Positions 26,415 to 34,490 of a stretch of 64,000 bases of DNA are shown in pieces. Position 1 is the stretch's first letter. The number at the start of each line of letters is the position of its first letter. This DNA is from a virus: the IMG/VR virus record IMGVR_UViG_3300044856_000216, positions 96,001-160,000 of that record. One strand, given 5' to 3'. The position numbers and the translations under genes are program-made. Under the pieces are notes generated by a model that saw only the letters and a list, made by a program, of their open reading frames with translations, was not told where the DNA came from and searched no databases.

Positions 26415-26432
26415 ACAGAGAATAATAAAATG
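26415..26432 (+). promoter_or_regulatory. ACAGAGAATAA motif copy, ending in ATG-TAA
   Basis: ACAGAGAATAATAAAATGTAA. TTGGCT lies 17 nt upstream of TAAAAT in this copy only. Confidence 0.55.
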
Positions 26433-26532
26433 TAAACACCTTAAGTATATATTCATTGTACTTTACCTTTCTATAATCGGTGACTGTACTACAGTTCTTG
26501 TAGTATGGTCACTGATAATTCTTAAATATTAT

Positions 26533-26606
26533 AGCGGAATGACGAGCAATGGAAGCTCACTTGGCTCATAACCAAGAGTATGCAGGTTCGAGTCCTGTTT
26601 CCGCAA
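26533..26606 (+). tRNA. tRNA with CAT anticodon, initiator-like (A1:A72 mismatch)
   Basis: AGCGGAA-TG-(AC)GAGC-AATGGAA-GCTC-A-CTTGG-CTCATAA-CCAAG-AGTAT-GCAGG-TTCGAGT-CCTGT-TTCCGCA-A. Two extra nt precede the D-stem. Confidence 0.75.
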
Positions 26607-27435
26607 CTCTCCTACTTGTAGGCGGCAGGTTTCGTGTCGTTAAATAAACTTAGCAATAAGGATAAAGCAGGAATGTCTTTAGTTTGCATAAGACACTGCG
26701 ACTGCGCATAGTAGTTTGACGGAAAACACAGATAATCTATACCAAACCTAAAATCAGAGGGCTACTGCTAATGATATGGCTTGGTAGGGGTGATGAAAAA
26801 CGCCCTGTATTAACATGGAAACATGGGTATAATTACTGTCTTATTGGTGCGATTTCCGCAAGAAAAAGTGCTGATATTGATTGTTGTAATGTTTCTTAAT
26901 GCGAAAGCAAGGAACAGAACAATAAAGCAAGTCGATAGCAAGACGAACAGAATGGTGATGATTGGGCTGTACTCAAAAGGTACAGATGGTCAAATGTACA
27001 CCTCATCGTTCATATCATGCAAAAACAAATTACAACATACTTTTGAAATAAAAATATAATGCATATTTATATTAAAAGCAAATTAATATTTAAAGAATAA
27101 GCAAAAGTGTGTATGACCGCAAAGAGACAAACAACTTATTCATCTGCAATATGATGACATATAGCACTCGCAAGGTACTATATGAGAAAATACAAGTAGA
27201 CGCAACCGTAAGAGATTTGCACTCTCTGAACCCCGCAAGGGACGATGTATCGAAAGGAAATCTATAATGCTTTGTGGTAAGAGTTTGCCAATTTTCGCAA
27301 AATTGGTGTTGTTGTTACCTACAGTCTAATCGACTGTGTGATAAATTGTGTCCAACCACAATAGATGGTAACGTGTTAGGTCAATATCTCAGCCTAAAGA
27401 AATAAAGTCTCATACTTCGGTATGGGATTTTTTTA
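26607..27435 (+). ncRNA. candidate large structured non-coding RNA (~830 nt; GOLLD/ROOL-like genomic context)
   Basis: No SD-led ORF. Flanked by two tRNAs. Many short helices with GNRA loops and several perfect 6-8 bp hairpins. Ends at a UUCG-loop terminator. Confidence 0.45.
27408..27435 (+). terminator. intrinsic terminator (UUCG tetraloop)
   Basis: TCTCATAC-TTCG-GTATGGGA followed by TTTTTTT. Confidence 0.8.
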
Positions 27436-27439
27436 TTTT

Positions 27440-27514
27440 GAGTGTGTAGCTCAGTTTGGCAGAGCACGTGACTTTTAATCACGGTGTCGATGGGTTCAAA
27501 TCCCTCCACGCTCA
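27440..27514 (+). tRNA. tRNA-Lys (TTT) with an imperfect T-stem
   Basis: GAGTGTG-TA-GCTC-AGTTTGGCA-GAGC-A-CGTGA-CTTTTAA-TCACG-...-ATGGG-TTCAAAT-CCCTC-CACGCTC-A. Two T-stem mismatches. Confidence 0.75.
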
Positions 27515-27550
27515 CTACTATCCTACTTTGTAGGAAATAAATTAAAGGAT

Positions 27551-27721
27551 GTGAAAATTATTTTATTAATTAACAAAACAGAAGCTTTTGCAATGAGGGA
27601 GCTTATTGGGAAAGAGAATGTGAAAAAGACTTATAGTGGTCATGCAAAATACTATCTGGTTGAAGATGACCAGAATTTAAAAGCTTTGAGTGATTATAGA
27701 AAAAGTAAAATCGTTGGATAG
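27551..27721 (+). CDS. 56-aa hypothetical protein
   Basis: Own translation (GTG start): MKIILLINKTEAFAMRELIGKENVKKTYSGHAKYYLVEDDQNLKALSDYRKSKIVG*. The start codon is uncertain. Confidence 0.45.
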   Translation: MKIILLINKTEAFAMRELIGKENVKKTYSGHAKYYLVEDDQNLKALSDYRKSKIVG

Positions 27722-27755
27722 AGACGAAATCTAAAACGAAAGGTGGTCGGAAACC

Positions 27756-29195
27756 ATCGCAAAGAAAAAACATGAAGTAAAAGTAGAAATTATTGGAGGT
27801 AACGCTGAAGGTGTTACTGGTAGTTGTACTCGAATAAAAACTTCTGAACATTGCTATCTTTTTGAGTGTGGAATGATTCAAGGCAATCATACTGTGCTTG
27901 AAAATTATAGAGCCAATATGAAATATATTCAAAAAGTAAGACCACAAGAAGTCGAATTTATTATTGTTGGACATCTTCACGCAGATCATATAGCCATGAT
28001 TCCAACATTATATGCTCGTGGAAAATGTAATGCAAAAATAATTGTACCTAAAGGTTCAACTTCGATTCTAAAAGAAATGTGGCTTGATTCTTCATATATT
28101 AATTGTAGAGATATTGAAGTCATAAATCTTAAAAATGAAAGAAATTATGAGCCGTTTTATACTGAAGATATTGTATATAAAGCACTCGAATTTGTTCAAG
28201 AGATTGATTCTGATAAGATAGTAAATTTATCTGATGAACTTGCTATTAGATATACTGACGCAGGGCATGTTCTTCTATCTAAGCAATGTGAAGTATATAT
28301 AAACGGAGGTTCACATACTAGAAAAATTCTGTTTTCAAGTGATCTCGGTAATATTGCCACACAAGATACAAGAGTTTTTGTTGAAGATTTTAAACCTGTG
28401 TCATCGGCTAATATTGCAATAATGGAATGTACTTATTGCAGCAAGGAAAGACAATGTACTAAAGAAACATATAAAAAAGATATAGAAAAAATCAAATCTG
28501 TTATAGAACAATATTGTGTTGACAATAATGCAAGAGTTCTTATTCCGTCATTTTCACTTGACAGAACTCCATATATCTTATGGATTTTATATTCCTTATT
28601 TGGAAAAGATGCAAATTTCAAAGTACCAATTTTAATTGATAGTCCATTAGCAAATAGATTGTTAGACTGTTACTCTTCTATTCTTGAAGGTGATAAAAAA
28701 GAATTATTCGATGAAATGATGTCATGGAAGAATGTTCAAAGAATTATTCAACCAGAAAACAGTAAGGCAGCTATTGCAGACAAAGGTGCAAAAATCATTC
28801 TTAGTAGTTCAGGAATGTTGACAGCAGGGAGGTCAATTAAGTGGACTCAGAGTATTTTACCAAGAGAATCTGATTGTATCTTATTTATGGGATATTCTGG
28901 TGAAGATACATTAGCATGGAAAATAAAACATGGTAAAGATAACAAAACAATTAATATTAATGGCAAACCTTTTAAGAATAAGGCGCAGATTTACGATTTG
29001 AAGTCATTTTCTAGTCATATGCAGCGACAGGATATGATTAATTATTACAAATCTATAAATTGTGAAAAAATTTATTTAGTTCATGGTGATTCAAATAAAA
29101 TTGAGTTTAAACATGATTTAGAAGATGCAATATCTGATTGTCTTAAAACTACAAAAGTTATTGCTGTTAATAGCGGTACAAAAATCTCATTATAG
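27756..29195 (+). CDS. metallo-beta-lactamase fold / beta-CASP-type nuclease, apparent AUC start
   Basis: HLHADH motif. The N-terminal strand VKVEIIGGNAEGVTGSCTRI... lies upstream of the first ATG (27873). In-frame stop at 27732. AAAGGTGG-9 nt-ATC at 27756. Confidence 0.75.
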   Translation: MAKKKHEVKVEIIGGNAEGVTGSCTRIKTSEHCYLFECGMIQGNHTVLENYRANMKYIQKVRPQEVEFIIVGHLHADHIAMIPTLYARGKCNAKIIVPKGSTSILKEMWLDSSYINCRDIEVINLKNERNYEPFYTEDIVYKALEFVQEIDSDKIVNLSDELAIRYTDAGHVLLSKQCEVYINGGSHTRKILFSSDLGNIATQDTRVFVEDFKPVSSANIAIMECTYCSKERQCTKETYKKDIEKIKSVIEQYCVDNNARVLIPSFSLDRTPYILWILYSLFGKDANFKVPILIDSPLANRLLDCYSSILEGDKKELFDEMMSWKNVQRIIQPENSKAAIADKGAKIILSSSGMLTAGRSIKWTQSILPRESDCILFMGYSGEDTLAWKIKHGKDNKTININGKPFKNKAQIYDLKSFSSHMQRQDMINYYKSINCEKIYLVHGDSNKIEFKHDLEDAISDCLKTTKVIAVNSGTKISL

Positions 29196-29221
29196 AGAAA
29201 TATTACGAAATTGGAGGCTAA

Positions 29222-29860
29222 ATGCCTATGAATAAAGATTATTTACAGTTAGAGTTTGATAATTTAGGAAGTGAAGCAAATTACAAACTTGCAGATCCGA
29301 CTCTTGTTGATTATTATAAGCGATTAAATAATCGTGAAATTCTTATTAATCAGGATATTGATGACGGAATTGTAGAATGGACTCAAGAAATAGTTGAATG
29401 GAATAGAGAAGACAAGGATATAGCGATTGCCGAAAGAAAGCCAATTAAGATTTGGATTAATTCAAATGGTGGTTCTCTTAATGCAATAAACGAGCTTATT
29501 AATATCTGTAATCTTTCTAAGACACCAGTTTATGCTATTGGAATGGGAAAATGTTACTCCGCAGGAGGGCTTTTGCTTATGGGTATTCCAAGGGGTAACA
29601 GATATATTTTGTCATCTACTGAAGCACTTATTCATGATGGCTCTACAGGCAGTTACGGAGACACTGGCAAGGTACTTGATGATTTAGAGAGAACTAAGAA
29701 AATTGAGGAAGATACAAAACAGTTTATTTTAAGTCATACAAAGATTACTGAGAGTGAATATGATAAAAATTATCGTAAAAATTGGTGGTTAGATGCTAAC
29801 GAAATTATTGAAAAAGGCGTGGCTGATCACATTATTACAAATATTGAGGAATTATTTTAA
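29222..29860 (+). CDS. ClpP-family serine protease
   Basis: GKCYSAGGLLLMG (Ser), LIHDG (His), WLDANEIIEKGVADHII (Asp region). Confidence 0.8.
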   Translation: MPMNKDYLQLEFDNLGSEANYKLADPTLVDYYKRLNNREILINQDIDDGIVEWTQEIVEWNREDKDIAIAERKPIKIWINSNGGSLNAINELINICNLSKTPVYAIGMGKCYSAGGLLLMGIPRGNRYILSSTEALIHDGSTGSYGDTGKVLDDLERTKKIEEDTKQFILSHTKITESEYDKNYRKNWWLDANEIIEKGVADHIITNIEELF

Positions 29861-29887
29861 GGAGAGCGCACTGCTCTCCTATTTTAT
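29861..29887 (+). terminator. intrinsic terminator GGAGAGC-n5-GCTCTCC-TATTTTA
   Basis: Read directly from the sequence. The same stem recurs at 56861. Confidence 0.7.
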
Positions 29888-29909
29888 TGGAGAAAAAGGA
29901 GATTGAAAA

Positions 29910-30137
29910 ATGGCAGCTAGTAAATTAAAGTTCACAAGAACAACTACAGACAAATTAACAGTAAAGGCAGGTACACTCTCAGAGGATTGTACTACTATTA
30001 CATACACAGATGAGAATGATATGGAGCAGGAAGTAAAAGTAGCTGATCTGCTTACTTCATTTAAGAATCAGGTAATTGATTTTACTGTTGCATTAAAAAC
30101 AGATGAGGAGCTAGATGTTCCGTCTGATGAAGAGTAA
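29910..30137 (+). CDS. hypothetical protein
   Basis: AAAGGAG SD. ORF track. Confidence 0.6.
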   Translation: MAASKLKFTRTTTDKLTVKAGTLSEDCTTITYTDENDMEQEVKVADLLTSFKNQVIDFTVALKTDEELDVPSDEE

Positions 30138-30145
30138 GAAGGGAT

Positions 30146-31360
30146 GTGATTACCATAACTTCTTATAAAAGATTTGAGGACGAAACAGATGAGGAGCTTA
30201 TATATAGAATCTGTAAAGAAAAAGATAAAATTGGTTCTTGGCAAAATGTAGCAGATGTGATTAATGAACTTACTGGTAATGATTATGGCGAAAGCACCTA
30301 TCGTAAAAAATACCAAGCGTTTAAGAAAATGTTGAATGCTAATCAATCAAAGTTTGTTGATTCTGACGCACAACTAAAAGAGATTGAAGTTCAGAAACGT
30401 GAATTAGAAAAAGAACGTAAGAAACTTCAAAGTGAAAAAATTGAATATAATAGATGGTTACGTGAAGACGCAAGAGATGAAATGATTGTAGAGAAAATTG
30501 AAAATGCTATATCTACTCTACCTCAGCTATCTACACCTACTCGTATTCCGTCAATGCCTGTATTCAATAAAAAATCTTGGATTCTTGCCATCAGCGATTG
30601 TCATTATGGATGTGAATTTGAGATAAAAGATTTTTATGGAAATATTATAAATGAATATTCACCTGAAATCTTTGAAGAAAGAATGACTTGTCTGTTTAAT
30701 CAAGTTATTGATAAAATAGATGAACTTGGAATTGATGAGTTATCAATTGTAGAACTTGGTGATGGTATAGATGGACTTCTCAGAATGTCACAACTTATGA
30801 GATTGAGATATGGTGTGATCGAATCAAGTATTCGTTATGCTGATTATTTAGCTAATTGGCTGAATAAATTAAGTGGTTATGTACGCATAAAATTTCAAAT
30901 GGTTTATGATTCTAATCATAATCAGTTGAGATTATTAGATGGAAAGAAAAATACATTTCCAGATGAGAATGTTAGTAAAATCATGATAGCTCTTATAAAA
31001 GAGAGATTAAGTGGTAATGAAAATATTATTATTCTTGAAAATCCTACTGGTATGACTTATTCTATGATGTCAACATATTGTGTTGTAGGTTTTCACGGAG
31101 AGAAAAAGAATCTGAAAAATAACCTATTAGAGATGTCTCGTACTTATGGAGTCCATATTGATTATACTATTTCTGGACATATTCATCATGACAACCTTAA
31201 AGAGATTGGAATGGATTCTGCTACTCTTTCAGTAGGTTCTGTAATTGGCATAGATCCATATGCTATGAGATTAAATGCAGCCTCAAATGCTTCATGCTCT
31301 ATGTTTGAGTTTAAAGAAGGTATGGGAAGAACTGCGGAATATGTTTTTAAATTGAACTAA
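30146..31360 (+). CDS. calcineurin-like metallophosphoesterase with N-terminal helical domain
   Basis: SDCHYG, LGDGIDG, DSNHNQ, GFHGE and SGHIHH motifs, in canonical order. Confidence 0.8.
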   Translation: MITITSYKRFEDETDEELIYRICKEKDKIGSWQNVADVINELTGNDYGESTYRKKYQAFKKMLNANQSKFVDSDAQLKEIEVQKRELEKERKKLQSEKIEYNRWLREDARDEMIVEKIENAISTLPQLSTPTRIPSMPVFNKKSWILAISDCHYGCEFEIKDFYGNIINEYSPEIFEERMTCLFNQVIDKIDELGIDELSIVELGDGIDGLLRMSQLMRLRYGVIESSIRYADYLANWLNKLSGYVRIKFQMVYDSNHNQLRLLDGKKNTFPDENVSKIMIALIKERLSGNENIIILENPTGMTYSMMSTYCVVGFHGEKKNLKNNLLEMSRTYGVHIDYTISGHIHHDNLKEIGMDSATLSVGSVIGIDPYAMRLNAASNASCSMFEFKEGMGRTAEYVFKLN

Positions 31361-31437
31361 ACAACAATTGTAGTCCACTGTTCGGCTCAGTTTGGAGCAA
31401 TTGTGAAAGCAGATATTCACAGCTACAATTAATATAC

Positions 31438-31493
31438 GACTAATATATTATTCATTTTTGCTTATTTTGGCGTTTTTAGGTAATATATTAGTC
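31438..31493 (+). terminator. 13-bp perfect inverted repeat GACTAATATATTA-n30-TAATATATTAGTC followed by TTTTT
   Basis: Read directly from the sequence. The large loop makes terminator function uncertain. Confidence 0.35.
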
Positions 31494-31645
31494 TTTTTGG
31501 TTAATGAAACCACTATCAGAGGGAGTGTACCTTATATGGACGCTACCCTCTTATTATTTTGGCAATAAATTAAAATATTGCCGAAAAAATATAAATAAAG
31601 CACTCAAAAAAATATAAATGAAGATTAAAAGGAGATTTTTGAACA

Positions 31646-31933
31646 ATGGTAAAAAATGACGTATTAAGAAATGTAGCAGGTAAGTTAGAAGGATGTTCTC
31701 AGAAAGACGTAGAAGCTGTTCTCTCAGCTTATGCAGAGGTTGTAATTGAGACTCTTACAAATGATAAGACAGAGAAAGTTCCTCTGATTGGAATTGGAAA
31801 CTTTACCGCAAAGCATGTAGATGAGAAATCTGGTATTGTTCAGCTTGGTGAAAACAAGGGTTCTACATGGCATAAAGATGCCGAGGATCAGTTAGCATTT
31901 AAGATTTCTAAGTCAGTAAAGACACTTGCATAA
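31646..31933 (+). CDS. HU/IHF-family DNA-binding protein
   Basis: MVKNDVLRNVAGKLEGCSQKDVEAVLSAYAEVVIETL...IGIGNFTAKH... Confidence 0.8.
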   Translation: MVKNDVLRNVAGKLEGCSQKDVEAVLSAYAEVVIETLTNDKTEKVPLIGIGNFTAKHVDEKSGIVQLGENKGSTWHKDAEDQLAFKISKSVKTLA

Positions 31934-31944
31934 TCTGAAAGGTC

Positions 31945-32547
31945 GTGAATTGTTTGAAGAAGAAAAATAAATATGAAGACATTCAGATGGTTGATCTTGA
32001 GGATAAAGTTGATGACATTGTAAAAATTTATATTAACAGACTTTATCATACTGATAAGACTGTTGGTGTAATTGTAAATAAAGAGATTGCTGAATATATT
32101 TTGGATATTCTTATTAGACTTGACGAGACAAGTATTAAAGAGATTGACCTTGTTGATTATATGAATATAGACGAATATTTAGTATCTGTTGATGATGATG
32201 GCGTAATCACCGTTGTTCCTATTGAGGACTTTTGTGTTCTTGATAAAACAGATATTTTCTACATTGATATGGATGGTGATATTAAACAGGATGTCATTGA
32301 TTATTGTGTAAATGAGGATAAGGAAGTTATTCTGTTTGGACAGGAAGATGATTGTGACTGCGATGGTGATTGCGAAAACTGTCCTGCACATGATGAGACT
32401 TATTTACATACTTCTGAAGATGGAAATGCTCACGGATTTACTGCTAGTAGGTCAGATGGCGACTCTTATATGAGTTATTCGTTTTATTCTAGTGATGAGT
32501 TAAGTCATGAAGATATTCAGAAGATGTTAAAGGCTTTTGGATTTTAG
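31945..32547 (+). CDS. acidic hypothetical protein
   Basis: ORF track (GTG); ATG 31987 is an alternative start. D/E/C-rich. Confidence 0.6.
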   Translation: MNCLKKKNKYEDIQMVDLEDKVDDIVKIYINRLYHTDKTVGVIVNKEIAEYILDILIRLDETSIKEIDLVDYMNIDEYLVSVDDDGVITVVPIEDFCVLDKTDIFYIDMDGDIKQDVIDYCVNEDKEVILFGQEDDCDCDGDCENCPAHDETYLHTSEDGNAHGFTASRSDGDSYMSYSFYSSDELSHEDIQKMLKAFGF

Positions 32548-32554
32548 ATTATTT

Positions 32555-32587
32555 AGAGTGTGTGGTGTATGCTACGCACTCTTTTTG
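32555..32587 (+). terminator. intrinsic terminator
   Basis: AGAGTGTG...CGCACTCT followed by TTTT. Confidence 0.65.
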
Positions 32588-32590
32588 TAT

Positions 32591-32674
32591 GGGTGGATAT
32601 GCCTAGAGGCGAGGGCAAGAGACTGTAAATCTCCCACATAAGAAACACCGTAGGTTCGACTCCTACTCCACCCA
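32591..32674 (+). tRNA. tRNA-Tyr (GTA), long variable region
   Basis: GGGTGGA/TCCACCC acceptor, TGCC/GGCA D-stem, CTGTAAA anticodon loop, GTAGG-TTCGACT-CCTAC T-arm. The 15-nt variable region shows no obvious stem. Confidence 0.8.
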
Positions 32675-32865
32675 CTATTGTCAGAAAGAGAAATCTTTCT
32701 TCTATTAAGAACATCCATATAAGGAGCGTATGGCGGTGAGTTGACATCGTTAACAACTTGGGTGAACCTCAAGAGTGGTCAAGAGTGATAAAAACTCTTA
32801 TAAAAGTGTAAGGCTTTTGTATAATGGGCAAGCATTTAAAATCAATTACATAGTAAATAAATTAG

Positions 32866-32904
32866 AGAAGCGATTTAGTCCACTACTATCTCGCTTCTTT
32901 TTGT
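32866..32904 (+). terminator. terminator-like hairpin upstream of int
   Basis: AGAAGCGA...TCGCTTCT followed by TTTT. Confidence 0.5.
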
Positions 32905-32926
32905 ATACGAAAGGAAGTGAGATTTA

Positions 32927-33961
32927 ATGAGTAGAAAAATACAACACAATAATATTGTTACTGATGAGTTATTGACTCAGTGTAATAAAGAGAATATAGA
33001 GTTAGGAAATGATTTTTTGGATTATCTTCGTTCAGTTGATAGATCCCCAAATACAATCAATGCGTATAGACGTGACCTTTACATTTTTTGGGTTTATCTA
33101 CTTCAGCATTGTGACAACAAATTTTTTATTGATTTATCTAAAAGAGACATTGCTCGTTATCAGAGTTTTTGTCTTACTGAATATAAATGGTCGCCAGCTA
33201 GAATGCGTAGAGTAAAATCTACTCTCTCATCGCTTTCAAATTATGTAGAAGCTATATTGGACGATGAGTATGAAAATTTTAAACCAATTATACGCAAAAT
33301 TGAAAATCCTGCAAATGAAAAGGTATTCACTAAAACTGTATTATCTGATGAGCAAGTACAGGGAATGCTTGATTATTGGGTTGAAAAAGGTAAATATGAC
33401 AAGGCTTGTATTTTAGCATTAGCTGCATTTAGTGGCAGACGTAAGAGTGAGTTACCACGATTTAAAGTATCTTATTTCGATGATGAAAATATCATATACG
33501 GTTCTTTATATAAAACACCTGAAAAGATCCAAACAAAAGGAAGAGGATCTCGCGGAAAAATGTTAGTGGCATATACACTTGCAAAACCATTTAAGCCATA
33601 TTTCGATTTGTGGATGAATTATAGAAAAGAACACGGAATTGAATCAGAATGGTTATTTCCCAAAAAAGTAAATGGAGAATATATAGATGAACCTATGGAT
33701 TCAAGTACTCTTGACAGTTGGGCTGATACATTTAGTAAGCATTTAGGAGAAGACTTCTATTTCCACAGTCTTCGTCACTTCTTTACAACTTCTTGTTCTC
33801 GAAGCGGTCTTCCTGATGATGTAATTCAAATGTTAGTCGGTTGGAGTTCGCTAGATATGGTATCAGTGTACAAGGATATTGATGCAGATGAGCAATTTGC
33901 AAAATATTTTGCTGATGGAGAAATAAAACAAGTAGAACAAAAATCACTTTCTGATTTGTAG
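32927..33961 (+). CDS. int: tyrosine recombinase / integrase (XerC/D-like)
   Basis: ...FHSLRHFFTTSCSRSGLPDDVIQMLVGWSSLDMVSVY... (R-H-R-Y catalytic region). N-terminal SAM-like domain pattern. Confidence 0.85.
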   Translation: MSRKIQHNNIVTDELLTQCNKENIELGNDFLDYLRSVDRSPNTINAYRRDLYIFWVYLLQHCDNKFFIDLSKRDIARYQSFCLTEYKWSPARMRRVKSTLSSLSNYVEAILDDEYENFKPIIRKIENPANEKVFTKTVLSDEQVQGMLDYWVEKGKYDKACILALAAFSGRRKSELPRFKVSYFDDENIIYGSLYKTPEKIQTKGRGSRGKMLVAYTLAKPFKPYFDLWMNYRKEHGIESEWLFPKKVNGEYIDEPMDSSTLDSWADTFSKHLGEDFYFHSLRHFFTTSCSRSGLPDDVIQMLVGWSSLDMVSVYKDIDADEQFAKYFADGEIKQVEQKSLSDL

Positions 33962-34276
33962 AAGATGCTGATAAAGCTTTTTGTTTAACACTTCGAATAA
34001 ATACTATACTGTTATCAGTATTTATAGGTATGCTTAATCCTAAGTTATGTAGCGAAAAAAGTGAAAGAAAGCACTTACAAATGAACAAAAATCGTTAGAG
34101 GTTTTTACTAGGGCGGTGCGTGCATTAAACTAGATTTGAGCTTTTGTAAAAAATATCAGATATTTTTTAAAGAAACAACAAGGAAGCATGAATGGATTGT
34201 CTAACTTTCTATTCTAAATAACTGGATGTGTACAGTCCAATATCAGCTAGTTAGTGCTTTATGCTGATTTTCTAAT

Positions 34277-34351
34277 GGATCGTTCGCCTAGTTGGTTATG
34301 GCACTACCCTGTCACGGTAGAATAACATGGGTTCAAGTCCCATACGATTCG
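34277..34351 (+). tRNA. tRNA-Asp (GTC)
   Basis: GGATCGT...CTGTCAC...ATGGG-TTCAAGT-CCCAT-ACGATTC-G; clean cloverleaf. Confidence 0.9.
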
Positions 34352-34355
34352 TTTT

Positions 34356-34426
34356 GGGGCATTAGTCAAAAGGTAAGACAACGGGTTTTCATCCCGTGAG
34401 TATCGGTTCGAGTCCGTTATGCCCTA
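34356..34426 (+). tRNA. tRNA-Glu (TTC)
   Basis: GGGGCAT...ACGGG-TTTTCAT-CCCGT...ATCGG-TTCGAGT-CCGTT-ATGCCCT-A. One T-stem mismatch; short D-arm. Confidence 0.8.
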
Positions 34427-34490
34427 TTATAATTACCATTTAGGAATTTAACCTATATAAATAATTATTATATGTAGAGGAGCACATATT

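Noticed and set aside
26398-26432. Reading the GAGAATAA motif family as ordinary sigma-70 promoters with a -35 box.
   Set aside because: Only the copy at 26415 has a TTG-type hexamer (TTGGCT) at 17-bp spacing. The other copies show no conserved -35, and the conservation lies immediately upstream of the -10-like hexamer.
26823-27059. 78-aa plus-strand ORF inside the large RNA candidate.
   Set aside because: No ribosome-binding site precedes it (aacatggaaacATG). It crosses several strong hairpins and has an implausible composition.
26607-27435. Interpretation of the large RNA region as a tmRNA or as a group I intron within a tRNA.
   Set aside because: The region has no tRNA-like 3-prime end with an alanine-type acceptor and no tag reading frame. 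The flanking tRNAs are complete, so nothing is split by an intron.
27603-27989. 128-aa minus-strand ORF.
   Set aside because: It is antisense to the small CDS and to the N-terminus of the MBL nuclease, whose conserved motifs read on the plus strand.
32553-32772. Two overlapping minus-strand ORFs (67 and 66 aa).
   Set aside because: Both run through the terminator and the tRNA-Tyr gene, and neither has an SD.
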